The notes under the pieces: model-generated
Told to the model about the DNA's origin: nothing
Databases searched by the model: none
Seen by the model: the letters and a program-made list of their open reading frames with translations, nothing else
Made by a program: the position numbers and the translations under genes
Virus record (IMG/VR): IMGVR_UViG_3300037311_000479
Span: 1 to 43,612 of that record
DNA from: a virus
Lineage: Duplodnaviria > Caudoviricetes
Strand: one strand, 5' to 3'
DNA length: 43,612 nucleotides
Shown: piece after piece, positions 9,440 through 18,406 of the stretch
Layout of the letters: each line of letters begins with the position of its first letter
Numbering within the stretch: position 1 is the stretch's first letter

Positions 9440-9619
9440 ATGAAAGATGGTGTTATAAATACTGATGTTAAAAAAAAGGATGAATTGCCTATGCCACAGG
9501 AAACTGTAGATAATATGATTAGCAAGTTTCAGAGTGCTGGTGATGGTAAATTTGTTACACCTAAAGAATTAAAAGAACTGCGAGAAAAAAAGAAATTCCG
9601 TCAAAACTCTTCCAAATAA
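9440..9619 (+). CDS. Small hypothetical protein (start reassigned to 9440)
   Basis: TACTTTTG -7 box just upstream; convergently overlaps the 3' end of the MuF-ART gene. Confidence 0.5.
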   Translation: MKDGVINTDVKKKDELPMPQETVDNMISKFQSAGDGKFVTPKELKELREKKKFRQNSSK

Positions 9620-11097
9620 ATTGTATTCCCTTCAACCTTCAGTACTTTAAAGGCACTCATACTCTGAAACAATACTTCCTGCTCTGGTGCATGAGATGAA
9701 ATATTTTCAATAAACCTACCTGTTTTTGACAGGATGTTAAACTTGACTGCCGAACCCCAATTGTGCTTCGGATTTTTTGAAGTAGATAAAAAGCCTTCAA
9801 AAAAAGCAAGTTCATCCGTGCCAACCTTATCAGAAAATTGTTTTAAGTATTCCTGTATTGGAATTTTAGGCGTGTAGTCTCTCAATACCGTTCCTGTATG
9901 AGTAGGCATTTTTTTAAGCACGTCATTTAGTAATTTTTCAAACTTTAAAATTACTGGCGATGGATTGCCTGAATATAATTCAGTATTGATTTCATCGTGG
10001 GCATTAGTTGTATAAGCAAATATCAGTTTAGCTTCTTCGTTGGATAGGTTAATTTTTGCAATACCTGAAATATCAACTATGCTGCTTGTTTCGCCAGTTG
10101 TTTTTTGCAACTTCATTTCGCTTTCAAATTCCGTAAAAGCAGAAGTAAATATTGGGCTATTGTGTAACTCTTTTATGTCTGAAACAGAAACAATAGACTT
10201 GCCTTTATTTTCAAACTTCGCTCTTACATCTGCTGGCACTGCACTATCCGGCACCCAAAAGAATTGATGGCCACAATTATAACCACCACGGCGTACTTTG
10301 AAATTATCGGCATTGGTGTCGGGGATCATACCAAGCGGCAGCCCTGTAGTTTTGCTCAACTTGCAATCTGTGCCATCAATATGCCCTTTAATTATTTCGG
10401 ATAATTCTGATTTATGCACCCATTGCTTTTCGGTCAATAATGTGCAAAATTCTCGTGTGGTAGTGATATTACTTCCAACATATCTCCCCCAATTGAATTG
10501 CAAATCCTGTGCGACCGTTTCACTATATTGGGCACTGTACTGGTTAATTGCATCGGTAGTTATTTGCTTGGTATATTGCTGTAAATTTCCCTCTCCAGTT
10601 TCATTTTGTAAAATGTGATTTTGTAGTTGCTCCTGAAACTTTGCATAGCTGCCACCTGTGGTAATATTTTGCTGTAAAATCTTTTGAATTGGTGCAATAA
10701 TATTACTGCTTAATCCTTGCCCAACTAAATCATTTATGGTACTTTCAACTGCCAATTGCTTAATGATTGGCAATGTGTTTTTCGGCTTGTATTTTCTATT
10801 GAACTGGCTATAATATTCATTGTTTAAGCTACTAACAGTTGTAAAACTATCAATGAACCTTTGAACTGATTTTTTGTATTCCGCACTAATAATAATCTTC
10901 TTCAGCTTGTTTTGTAATGCGCCAATCAACTTTAGGTTATCAATATTATTGAGCAACCTACCGTTCTTTACCTGCAATTCTTTAACTATTGGCTGCAACC
11001 CCTCGTACACCAGCTTTTGAATGCCAGGTATAGCATCCTGAAACTGTGCAATAGCATCATCGATAGCGGATAATATGGCTTTAATTGATTGTTCCAA
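9601..11097 (-). CDS. Minor head (MuF-like) protein with C-terminal ADP-ribosyltransferase domain
   Basis: Downstream of portal; TREFC...GGYNCGHQF head-morphogenesis motif; AYT...IN, VLR, FLSTS, EQEVL (R-S-E ART signature). Confidence 0.85.
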   Translation of the reverse strand: MEQSIKAILSAIDDAIAQFQDAIPGIQKLVYEGLQPIVKELQVKNGRLLNNIDNLKLIGALQNKLKKIIISAEYKKSVQRFIDSFTTVSSLNNEYYSQFNRKYKPKNTLPIIKQLAVESTINDLVGQGLSSNIIAPIQKILQQNITTGGSYAKFQEQLQNHILQNETGEGNLQQYTKQITTDAINQYSAQYSETVAQDLQFNWGRYVGSNITTTREFCTLLTEKQWVHKSELSEIIKGHIDGTDCKLSKTTGLPLGMIPDTNADNFKVRRGGYNCGHQFFWVPDSAVPADVRAKFENKGKSIVSVSDIKELHNSPIFTSAFTEFESEMKLQKTTGETSSIVDISGIAKINLSNEEAKLIFAYTTNAHDEINTELYSGNPSPVILKFEKLLNDVLKKMPTHTGTVLRDYTPKIPIQEYLKQFSDKVGTDELAFFEGFLSTSKNPKHNWGSAVKFNILSKTGRFIENISSHAPEQEVLFQSMSAFKVLKVEGNTIYLEEF

Positions 11098-11114
11098 TTT
11101 TGTACTTTTACTCT

Positions 11115-11276
11115 ATGGCTGAATTTTGTAAATCATGTGCTGAAAAATATGGCATGCAGGATGATAAGCCCTCACTCTGTGAGGGCTGTGGCAAATCATT
11201 CCCTACGCCGCCTGATTATTCTGTTTGGTATTTTGTTGCTGTCCTGATGGTTGCTGTTGCTGCATCTCTGCTATGA
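11115..11276 (+). CDS. Antisense 53-aa zinc-ribbon protein with C-terminal TM helix
   Basis: MAEFCKSC...LCEGC plus hydrophobic tail; TACTTTTA box upstream; overlaps the low-complexity portal tail. Confidence 0.55.
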   Translation: MAEFCKSCAEKYGMQDDKPSLCEGCGKSFPTPPDYSVWYFVAVLMVAVAASLL

Positions 11277-13014
11277 CCTGCTGCTTTTGTGCATCTACCA
11301 TTTGCGAAGCTGCATCGTTGGCTTTTATTTTTTCATCCGCATATTTTGTCAATACTTGCATTTGGTCATCGTAATTCTTTTCACCAAACTTTTCATCTTC
11401 CCTCAAAGCTCTTTTTATAAACGAAGCCATGTAGTTGCTGATAATGTAATCAGTTTGAGTACAGCCTTTATTGGATAGCATAGTTAGCTTTTCGTCTGTT
11501 GAAACACCTGGTAATGGGTCTAAGTCAAAATACAGCTTAATATTGTTTGCCAAATTGGGCTGATTGTAAAACTTTTTAGCCGCTAACTGCTGCTCTAATG
11601 TTGCAATCAACAGGGGGTTGATTTTTGCCATCCTTGCATCTGTAACCTCTTTCATTAAATAATCTTCTGGCAATAAATCAAAGTTTTGCGGAACAGGAAT
11701 GTTTGGCAACATTTCCATTCTTTTCTTTGCATCAGGTACTAAAAAGAAATACCGCCATTCATTGATAAAATAAATAACCTTGTCTGCTGAATACACCAAG
11801 TCTTCTGCGAAGTTGTAAACGGTGTTATTCAACTCCTCTCTATCTACCTGTTTTGCATCTCCACTTATTGAAAGTGGCGTTTGGTCAAGAAACTGCATAT
11901 TAATCGCAGCAAGGGCCTTGTAATTGTTCTTTTCAACGCTTTTCTCTTGCAATTCCAATATGGCAGTATCCCTTGTAATATACCCAGCAGGAGGCATTGG
12001 ATTAGCCTGTTTACCAAGTTCGGCAGGATCAATTTGCAAATGTGCAAATGGTGAAAATTTGACCTTGCCACTACCGCCGCAACTTGTACATTGTACAGGG
12101 CCGTTGTCGGTTGGTTTATTACCAGCACCGCCACAAGCATTGCAATTCTTGTTTTGATAGTACCAAAACAAAGGGTATAGGTGTTGTATTTTGCTTCCCT
12201 TTAAATCGCTATACTCACAAGCTGCTTCATCAAGGAACGGTACCATTGCATCAATTCGGCTGCGGCTCAAATTCTGATTATCGTACTGCTTGAATGCTTC
12301 GGCTTTAACCTTAAACACAGGGAATTGCCCAATTATGTTGGGCTGCTGAAATACGGCTACAAATCCATCTTTGCCCTGCTCATAAATGATTATTTCCGTA
12401 TCGTCTATGTAATAAAAAATATCACCTGTTTGATAGGTATTGCCATCAAGGATATAGCTTGTTTTACGCTTACTGCGAAGTATAGCAAACTTTTCTTTCT
12501 CGTTAAACTCTACTACCTGATTACTGTTAAAAACAATTGGAACCGGTTTAGTGTACTTATCTTCTGTAATTACTTCCAAAGGAATTACAGCAATCACTGC
12601 ATTGGCATCAATAAGGTTTTGCTTTAACAGTAAACCAAACAGCCAGTTGGTAATGCTGCCATAAGCAGGTAGATTATCAGAGCAATATTTTTGCAGGGTT
12701 TCATCCTCAACAATTTTGGCGGTCTTTGTTTTTGGATAATCAATACACCAATCAGGGCTACGCCTTATTTTACTAAAACTTGTAACCACCTTGCTAATTG
12801 GCAGTTTTGTAATTGGCTTATAGGTTATTTGCCTGTACTCCAGTATTTCCTCCGTTTCGCTTGGACGGCGTTCTTTAATCATTGTGCCAGGGAACTCTCC
12901 ATCTGCATGGATGCGAAGGCTATCATACAATTTTACACTTTCAGTAAAAAGCGGATAGTAAATACCATTACTGGTAAAGTACATTTGCAACTTATCATTA
13001 CTAATTTTAGGCAT
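11203..13014 (-). CDS. Portal protein with inserted DnaJ-type zinc finger
   Basis: 603 aa; SGDAK portal-like motif; CNACGGAG...CTSCGGSG; upstream of minor head gene. Confidence 0.72.
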   Translation of the reverse strand: MPKISNDKLQMYFTSNGIYYPLFTESVKLYDSLRIHADGEFPGTMIKERRPSETEEILEYRQITYKPITKLPISKVVTSFSKIRRSPDWCIDYPKTKTAKIVEDETLQKYCSDNLPAYGSITNWLFGLLLKQNLIDANAVIAVIPLEVITEDKYTKPVPIVFNSNQVVEFNEKEKFAILRSKRKTSYILDGNTYQTGDIFYYIDDTEIIIYEQGKDGFVAVFQQPNIIGQFPVFKVKAEAFKQYDNQNLSRSRIDAMVPFLDEAACEYSDLKGSKIQHLYPLFWYYQNKNCNACGGAGNKPTDNGPVQCTSCGGSGKVKFSPFAHLQIDPAELGKQANPMPPAGYITRDTAILELQEKSVEKNNYKALAAINMQFLDQTPLSISGDAKQVDREELNNTVYNFAEDLVYSADKVIYFINEWRYFFLVPDAKKRMEMLPNIPVPQNFDLLPEDYLMKEVTDARMAKINPLLIATLEQQLAAKKFYNQPNLANNIKLYFDLDPLPGVSTDEKLTMLSNKGCTQTDYIISNYMASFIKRALREDEKFGEKNYDDQMQVLTKYADEKIKANDAASQMVDAQKQQVIAEMQQQQPSGQQQNTKQNNQAA

Positions 13015-13016
13015 TG

Positions 13017-13883
13017 TTATAAACTTTTTCTTTCAGGTAAAAAGGTTCGCTTATCTACCACCTGATAGGGATTTGATAAGCCAAGTTTTGCAAAGTAGTG
13101 CTTCGCCAGTATGTTGTAATTATCCTTTACAAAATCGTTCGTATAGTTTCCGCCAATGCTATACCCATAAAAGCCAACCAACTCATAAGGGTACTTCCTG
13201 TTTAAATTAGGCATCCCTAAAAATCCGTTGAATATTGGGGTGTAATTGTCTTGGTGAGGGTAGATACTGGTTAACATACAGGTAATTTGTATAGCCAGTT
13301 CATCCGTCATTGTGCCATTGCTGAAACCACGACAAACCACATTAGGCTTTTTGTAAACAGAATTTACTTTTGCAAAATATTTTTTGTTTGATGCAGTTTT
13401 TTTGAAGTAAAGAAACTCGCCAAATATTTTGTACAGCTTTTCATCACCGCTAAGTTTGTAAGCCTTTTTTATATCTTCTTCTTCAGCCCAAACACTATTC
13501 TGCTTATCCCATCCAAACCCACGATTTGAGAAGGTAATATCTGCTTTATCCAATTCTGCAAATAGTTCTGATACTTTTCTACCTTCAATCCAAATCATGT
13601 CGGCATCCAGCTTTATGGTAACATCATAAGTCGAAAGTTCATATACAAGCACCGTGGCATTATTGAACACTATTTTGTCATTAACAGTAAATTTTTCTGC
13701 TTCCAATTTTACAAAATCATCAAACAAATGTGGATATACTAATTTGCTTTTATCATCGCAAATGAGGCAAATTTTAATATCACTGTCAGCCGATCCGTTA
13801 GCAATTAAAGATGCAGCTAAATTTTCGGCCATACGATAATAATTTTCATGCCCCAATGCGTAAATAACTATCCCTTTTGTCAT
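13017..13883 (-). CDS. Glycosyltransferase (GT-A fold, GT8-like)
   Basis: N-terminal GIVIYALG...YYRMA..LAASL and YDVTIKLDADM (DxD motif). Confidence 0.7.
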   Translation of the reverse strand: MTKGIVIYALGHENYYRMAENLAASLIANGSADSDIKICLICDDKSKLVYPHLFDDFVKLEAEKFTVNDKIVFNNATVLVYELSTYDVTIKLDADMIWIEGRKVSELFAELDKADITFSNRGFGWDKQNSVWAEEEDIKKAYKLSGDEKLYKIFGEFLYFKKTASNKKYFAKVNSVYKKPNVVCRGFSNGTMTDELAIQITCMLTSIYPHQDNYTPIFNGFLGMPNLNRKYPYELVGFYGYSIGGNYTNDFVKDNYNILAKHYFAKLGLSNPYQVVDKRTFLPERKSL

Positions 13884-13894
13884 AACTTTTTTGT

Positions 13895-14782
13895 TTAAAT
13901 AAATGACCAGAAACTACCACTACATAGTTGTGTTCCTGATAAATCTGTTACTGAAAAAAACATTTCAAAAATTGTTTGTACACCGCCTCCGTCATAATCA
14001 ACCGCAAAGTCAATAAATGTTTGCCCTGCGGTAATATTTACTGTTTGTTGTTTGTACATACTATATCCGTTAAGGCTTCCTGCTTGGTCGTTATGGGCAG
14101 TCAATACAACTGTTCCCGGAGTATTTACTGTAATACCCATTCCGTAGAAATTGTAAGTTCCTGCCACGCCAAAAGGTATTCCATCTTGTGAGCCAACGTT
14201 ACAATCCATTGTTATTTCACCAGGCTGTGCCGCACCACTTACATTTAATGTATCAGAAAATGCAACTAAATGTGTCCCTCCACAATTGGTAATATTGAAC
14301 GATACTGGTACATTAGTTCCTGTTGCGTTTGGCGTGCCCGTAAATAAAACGCTGTTACCCGATACGGCAATGTTCATCCATGCTGGCTTATTTATGTTTG
14401 CCAATGCAAACGGAGTGTCTCCACTAAGATTAAATGAGTAATTGTAAGCAGCTCCTACTGTGGCGTTCGGCAGATTGGGGCTACCAATAATACCAACGGC
14501 AACGCATGGTGTACTGTTGGGGTTATTGAAATTCTTAAAAAAGTCAATGCCATTGCAGGTGTTTACTGCCTTGACTTCTACAGATGCCCAACTATCCGAA
14601 ATTCCGCTTATTACAAATGGGTTAGGAGTACCCACTATTGCACCTGTGCCGTCAAATATTACTGTACCTGCTGGAGTAAATGCTCCAGTAGTTCCTCCCT
14701 CTCGGTAAAACAAGTTTACTGTTTGGTTTGCTGCAACTGGGGCAACCCATTGACTACTTGTTATGTTTATATTCCAAGGCAT
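13895..14782 (-). CDS. Ig-like domain virion protein (putative receptor-binding or decoration)
   Basis: LPNATVGAAYNYSF...PAWM...FTGTP resembles He_PIG putative Ig repeats; beta-rich. Confidence 0.6.
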   Translation of the reverse strand: MPWNINITSSQWVAPVAANQTVNLFYREGGTTGAFTPAGTVIFDGTGAIVGTPNPFVISGISDSWASVEVKAVNTCNGIDFFKNFNNPNSTPCVAVGIIGSPNLPNATVGAAYNYSFNLSGDTPFALANINKPAWMNIAVSGNSVLFTGTPNATGTNVPVSFNITNCGGTHLVAFSDTLNVSGAAQPGEITMDCNVGSQDGIPFGVAGTYNFYGMGITVNTPGTVVLTAHNDQAGSLNGYSMYKQQTVNITAGQTFIDFAVDYDGGGVQTIFEMFFSVTDLSGTQLCSGSFWSFI

Positions 14783-14792
14783 AATTTATGTC

Positions 14793-16010
14793 TTAAATGG
14801 TTGTGTCAAATTGAATAATATTTGATGGCAAACTGCTTTCAATACCGCACTGTCCAATAATTCTAAAATATTTTATTCCTGTATTATTTAATGATGCCCC
14901 ATAGTTCCGTGGGGATATAGGGCTACCTGTAGAATTATTGCCAAAGTTTATTCCATCGGTAGAATATTGAACAGTAACAGCTACCCAACTAACATCATTA
15001 TTCCATTCTAATATTATTTCGTCATTGCCATTAAAATAAACATCTGTTAGTACCGGAGTTGTGCAACCTCCGCCGCCAGTACCGTTTGTATTTCCAATAA
15101 TATCCGCTATCACAGCACACAATCCAGGTATAACCACAGGCTGGCAATCTGCACAATTATTGTTTCTGATAGCATACGGCGTAGCCAGTACTTTAAACTT
15201 AGCTGGTGCTAAACAAATATTATCTGTCCATTCAATGTCATATTCGCCCGTTTTGCTGACACCGCCATTGTAGTTATCAGTTGAAATGCTTACAATATCA
15301 TGAGCTAAAGCAATGATTATTTTATCATGCAATAACTCATTAAAATGTTCTGTTTGTACGGTGTATTCCTTAGTAATCAGTGAACGGGTTTGCCTGATAA
15401 CTCCATTGCTTTTACGATATACTGCTTTATCCTCAATAGATTTCGGCTGCGACAAGTACATATAAATCCTTATCCTGTTTACTGGGTTTGTGATATTGCA
15501 GTATTCAAAATCTGCATAGTTTTCATTATTGGCATAATCTAAAACAGAAGTAAAACAATCGTTGCTTTTTAGGATAAAACAATTACTGAATGCTTCCTTT
15601 GTTTCTATGTTTGAATTGATAGCTGTTGAAGCATATATTTTAAAACCAAAGCATTGATTGTACTGAATTAATCCAATCAATCCCAATAGGGTATTTCTCC
15701 AAAAGTATGTTACCTGCGTGGCACCGGTTCGGTATCTTTCAAATAACAGATTGTCTGTTGCAGTCCAATTATGTATAGGATTTCCATTAACATCTAATAG
15801 CAACAATTGTATATCAGATATAGAATTATTCATTAGGTCGTTTGCATCCTGAATATCGGTGGTAGTAATATTGAATTGAAAAATCAAATCTGTTTCAGCA
15901 CATACCGGCAAGCAAACTTCATTCTCTCCAATGCAACAAATAGCAGCACTATTTGCCGGATTGAAGTTTACAAAACTGTATTTTGGCGATATAATATTAA
16001 TTGCTGCCAT
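14793..16010 (-). CDS. Putative tail tip/baseplate protein with C-terminal FN3-like domain
   Basis: Synteny after the tape measure; ILEW...VQYS...YFRI...S..SN FN3-like pattern after a Gly linker. Confidence 0.5.
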   Translation of the reverse strand: MAAINIISPKYSFVNFNPANSAAICCIGENEVCLPVCAETDLIFQFNITTTDIQDANDLMNNSISDIQLLLLDVNGNPIHNWTATDNLLFERYRTGATQVTYFWRNTLLGLIGLIQYNQCFGFKIYASTAINSNIETKEAFSNCFILKSNDCFTSVLDYANNENYADFEYCNITNPVNRIRIYMYLSQPKSIEDKAVYRKSNGVIRQTRSLITKEYTVQTEHFNELLHDKIIIALAHDIVSISTDNYNGGVSKTGEYDIEWTDNICLAPAKFKVLATPYAIRNNNCADCQPVVIPGLCAVIADIIGNTNGTGGGGCTTPVLTDVYFNGNDEIILEWNNDVSWVAVTVQYSTDGINFGNNSTGSPISPRNYGASLNNTGIKYFRIIGQCGIESSLPSNIIQFDTTI

Positions 16011-18406
16011 TAGTTTGTTTTTGGAATTAATGTAAATGTTCCCTTACCTTCTTCGGGCTTGTACTGAATGCTTTCAATCCAACCAAATCCATCTTCACAA
16101 TCGCTTGAAAAGTGAATTAATCCGTATGGATTAGCTTCAATCAGTTTGTAATCCTTACTACTCATAGGATAATCAAACGTTACTCTTTCAGGGCTTAAAA
16201 ATGGTTTCGCATTATTAAGGTCGGCGTAAATCGTTAAATCAATTGTATCATTCTCAATCAATGAGCCGTTTTCCAATTTGTAGTTCGGGTCCTCCATTTC
16301 CCCTTGTGCATAGTAATTCGCATCGCCATCTGTGAAGATTATTTTTGCATCTGTATTAAATTGCTTGTAGCTTTCTAAAATCCTATTCATCCATCGCATG
16401 GCATTGCGAATAGGGCTGATACGATAGTTGTAAAGTGTTGCGGGGTCGATAATGTTTTGCGGGTTAATCACATTTCCAAGCTCTACTACCAAATGCCCAT
16501 TTACATCTCGTTTACAGCAAATAATAAAGGAATCTTTGTCATACCTCCAATCTTTACTATCATTGTCTCCTTTTCTTCTTGTAATTTCTAAGGCATATCC
16601 TGAAGCAATAAATTTGCTCAATTTTACCAGGTCGTTTTTAACTTGATTTAAAGTTGTGCGGTAAGTACGTTTGGTGAGAAACTCGTCCAAGCCGGTGTAT
16701 TCTTCGGCTTCCCACTTAGCATATCCAAATTGAAAAGTGCTAAAAACTTCCTTTTCATACATTTTTCTTGTGAGCTTATTTACATCAGTGCAGCTCAGAA
16801 TAATGTTGTTGTTGTAAAAATGCTGCCACGGCTCTACACGTAGACGATTATATCCAGCCCTGTTAGGGTCTGCTTCAACACCCATTCCGATATTGTGTAT
16901 CGGATTTAATCCCTCGAAAATATCCTGAAGACTTAGTGAAAAAAGACTGGGCTCGTTTGGTATCCTGTTTTCCTGTTTACGAATTCGTATGCCATCTGTA
17001 ATTACCTCCAATCCACCACATCCATCTACGGCATGGCTGTATGGTTGGCTATCTGTACGGCCAAAGTATTCACTATACGCCCTTAAATTATCATTGGTAA
17101 TACTTTCCGAAATACGGCTCAATGCTTCATTTACAGCAAATACTTTTGAGGTGGTTGCCGGTGTATGCGAAAAGTTAGATATTTTAAAAAAGCTATTTTG
17201 ATTGATAGTAAATTTAAAAGCCTTTGCACCATTATTGATAGCGTTAATCATGGTTTGATTTTTACGCTCTGTTATGGTTATGAACATATACAGCCTATCA
17301 CCCTCATTCAGAATAAAATTATTATCAACAAATGTGGCACCAACATTTAAAATTGCACCCGGTTGCAAACCAACTCCATGCGTATCTGGGTTCGGGAAAT
17401 AGTTTGAAGGATCGTACAAAACATTTCTGTAGACAATTTCATAATGCGAAAGCAACTCGCCGTTGGTTAACAAATTTGGTCTGTTGGGTAATCTAAGCAA
17501 GTAAAAAGCAGTTGTGCTTACAACGGTATTTAACACATCAATTCTGCCATTAAACAGTAGTCCCAACTGTACAGGATTACTTATTTGCCCATAATTAGGA
17601 CTGTCGGTATAATAATTTACTACAGGACTTAGGTTTAATGGCCACATTCCTGGCAATGGGAACGGATGCCCTGTATTTTGGGTGCTTGTATCAGGGAATA
17701 AGTTAGCTGTATTGCTATTTTGAGAAGCCAAATCCATTGTATGGCCGTGATATGTTGTGCCAACTTTTTGTACAGGATTAAATGAGAATCCTCCAATTTC
17801 AGCAGCCTTTATTGTCATTGCAAATTCAAGTTGTCCATAAGTTAAATTCCATCCTGTATTAAAAGGTGCTTGTAATCCGCCATTGAATTCTTCATCAATA
17901 TTTGTTTCATTGATGGAATGGTCTTTTATAAATATTCCCTTGCTTGGCAACTCCATTTCAAACGGCAAGGCTGCATAAGTAGGTAATACTGTTGTTTCGT
18001 CAAAGGCTACAAGTGTTTCAAGATTTACTTTTTGATTTAACCTGTTGCGTAAGTCTTTTGTTTCTTTTGTTGTTTCAACAGGAACTTTTACATAGCAATC
18101 ATCGCCACATACAAACTCAAAATCCTTGAACATAAAATTGCCTCGGCTAAATTCCTCATATCCATTGCCGCAATCTTCCTCCATTATTAACGTCATTTCA
18201 CCCTGTACGCCATAGGTATCGTATTCGTCTTTAAGTAGTTTTTTTGCTTTCCCATCAAATAAAAATGTTTCACCCTGATTAGTGAATACAATGCCGTGCC
18301 AGTCCAAGTCTCTTTTTATCTCGGAAACATTAGCATCCCATCCTGTAGGTTCATCTATTACAGTTGATAAATTATTTCGGTCTAATATGGTAAAACGCCA
18401 AAGCAT
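16010..18406 (-). CDS. Putative tail tip/hub protein
   Basis: 798 aa, directly downstream of the tape measure gene. Confidence 0.55.
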   Translation of the reverse strand: MLWRFTILDRNNLSTVIDEPTGWDANVSEIKRDLDWHGIVFTNQGETFLFDGKAKKLLKDEYDTYGVQGEMTLIMEEDCGNGYEEFSRGNFMFKDFEFVCGDDCYVKVPVETTKETKDLRNRLNQKVNLETLVAFDETTVLPTYAALPFEMELPSKGIFIKDHSINETNIDEEFNGGLQAPFNTGWNLTYGQLEFAMTIKAAEIGGFSFNPVQKVGTTYHGHTMDLASQNSNTANLFPDTSTQNTGHPFPLPGMWPLNLSPVVNYYTDSPNYGQISNPVQLGLLFNGRIDVLNTVVSTTAFYLLRLPNRPNLLTNGELLSHYEIVYRNVLYDPSNYFPNPDTHGVGLQPGAILNVGATFVDNNFILNEGDRLYMFITITERKNQTMINAINNGAKAFKFTINQNSFFKISNFSHTPATTSKVFAVNEALSRISESITNDNLRAYSEYFGRTDSQPYSHAVDGCGGLEVITDGIRIRKQENRIPNEPSLFSLSLQDIFEGLNPIHNIGMGVEADPNRAGYNRLRVEPWQHFYNNNIILSCTDVNKLTRKMYEKEVFSTFQFGYAKWEAEEYTGLDEFLTKRTYRTTLNQVKNDLVKLSKFIASGYALEITRRKGDNDSKDWRYDKDSFIICCKRDVNGHLVVELGNVINPQNIIDPATLYNYRISPIRNAMRWMNRILESYKQFNTDAKIIFTDGDANYYAQGEMEDPNYKLENGSLIENDTIDLTIYADLNNAKPFLSPERVTFDYPMSSKDYKLIEANPYGLIHFSSDCEDGFGWIESIQYKPEEGKGTFTLIPKTN

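Noticed and set aside
3159-18406. Additional DGR variable repeat in tail or Ig-domain genes
   Set aside because: No TR-like sequence or SRLC-type ending seen by eye; a local alignment of TR against the window would confirm
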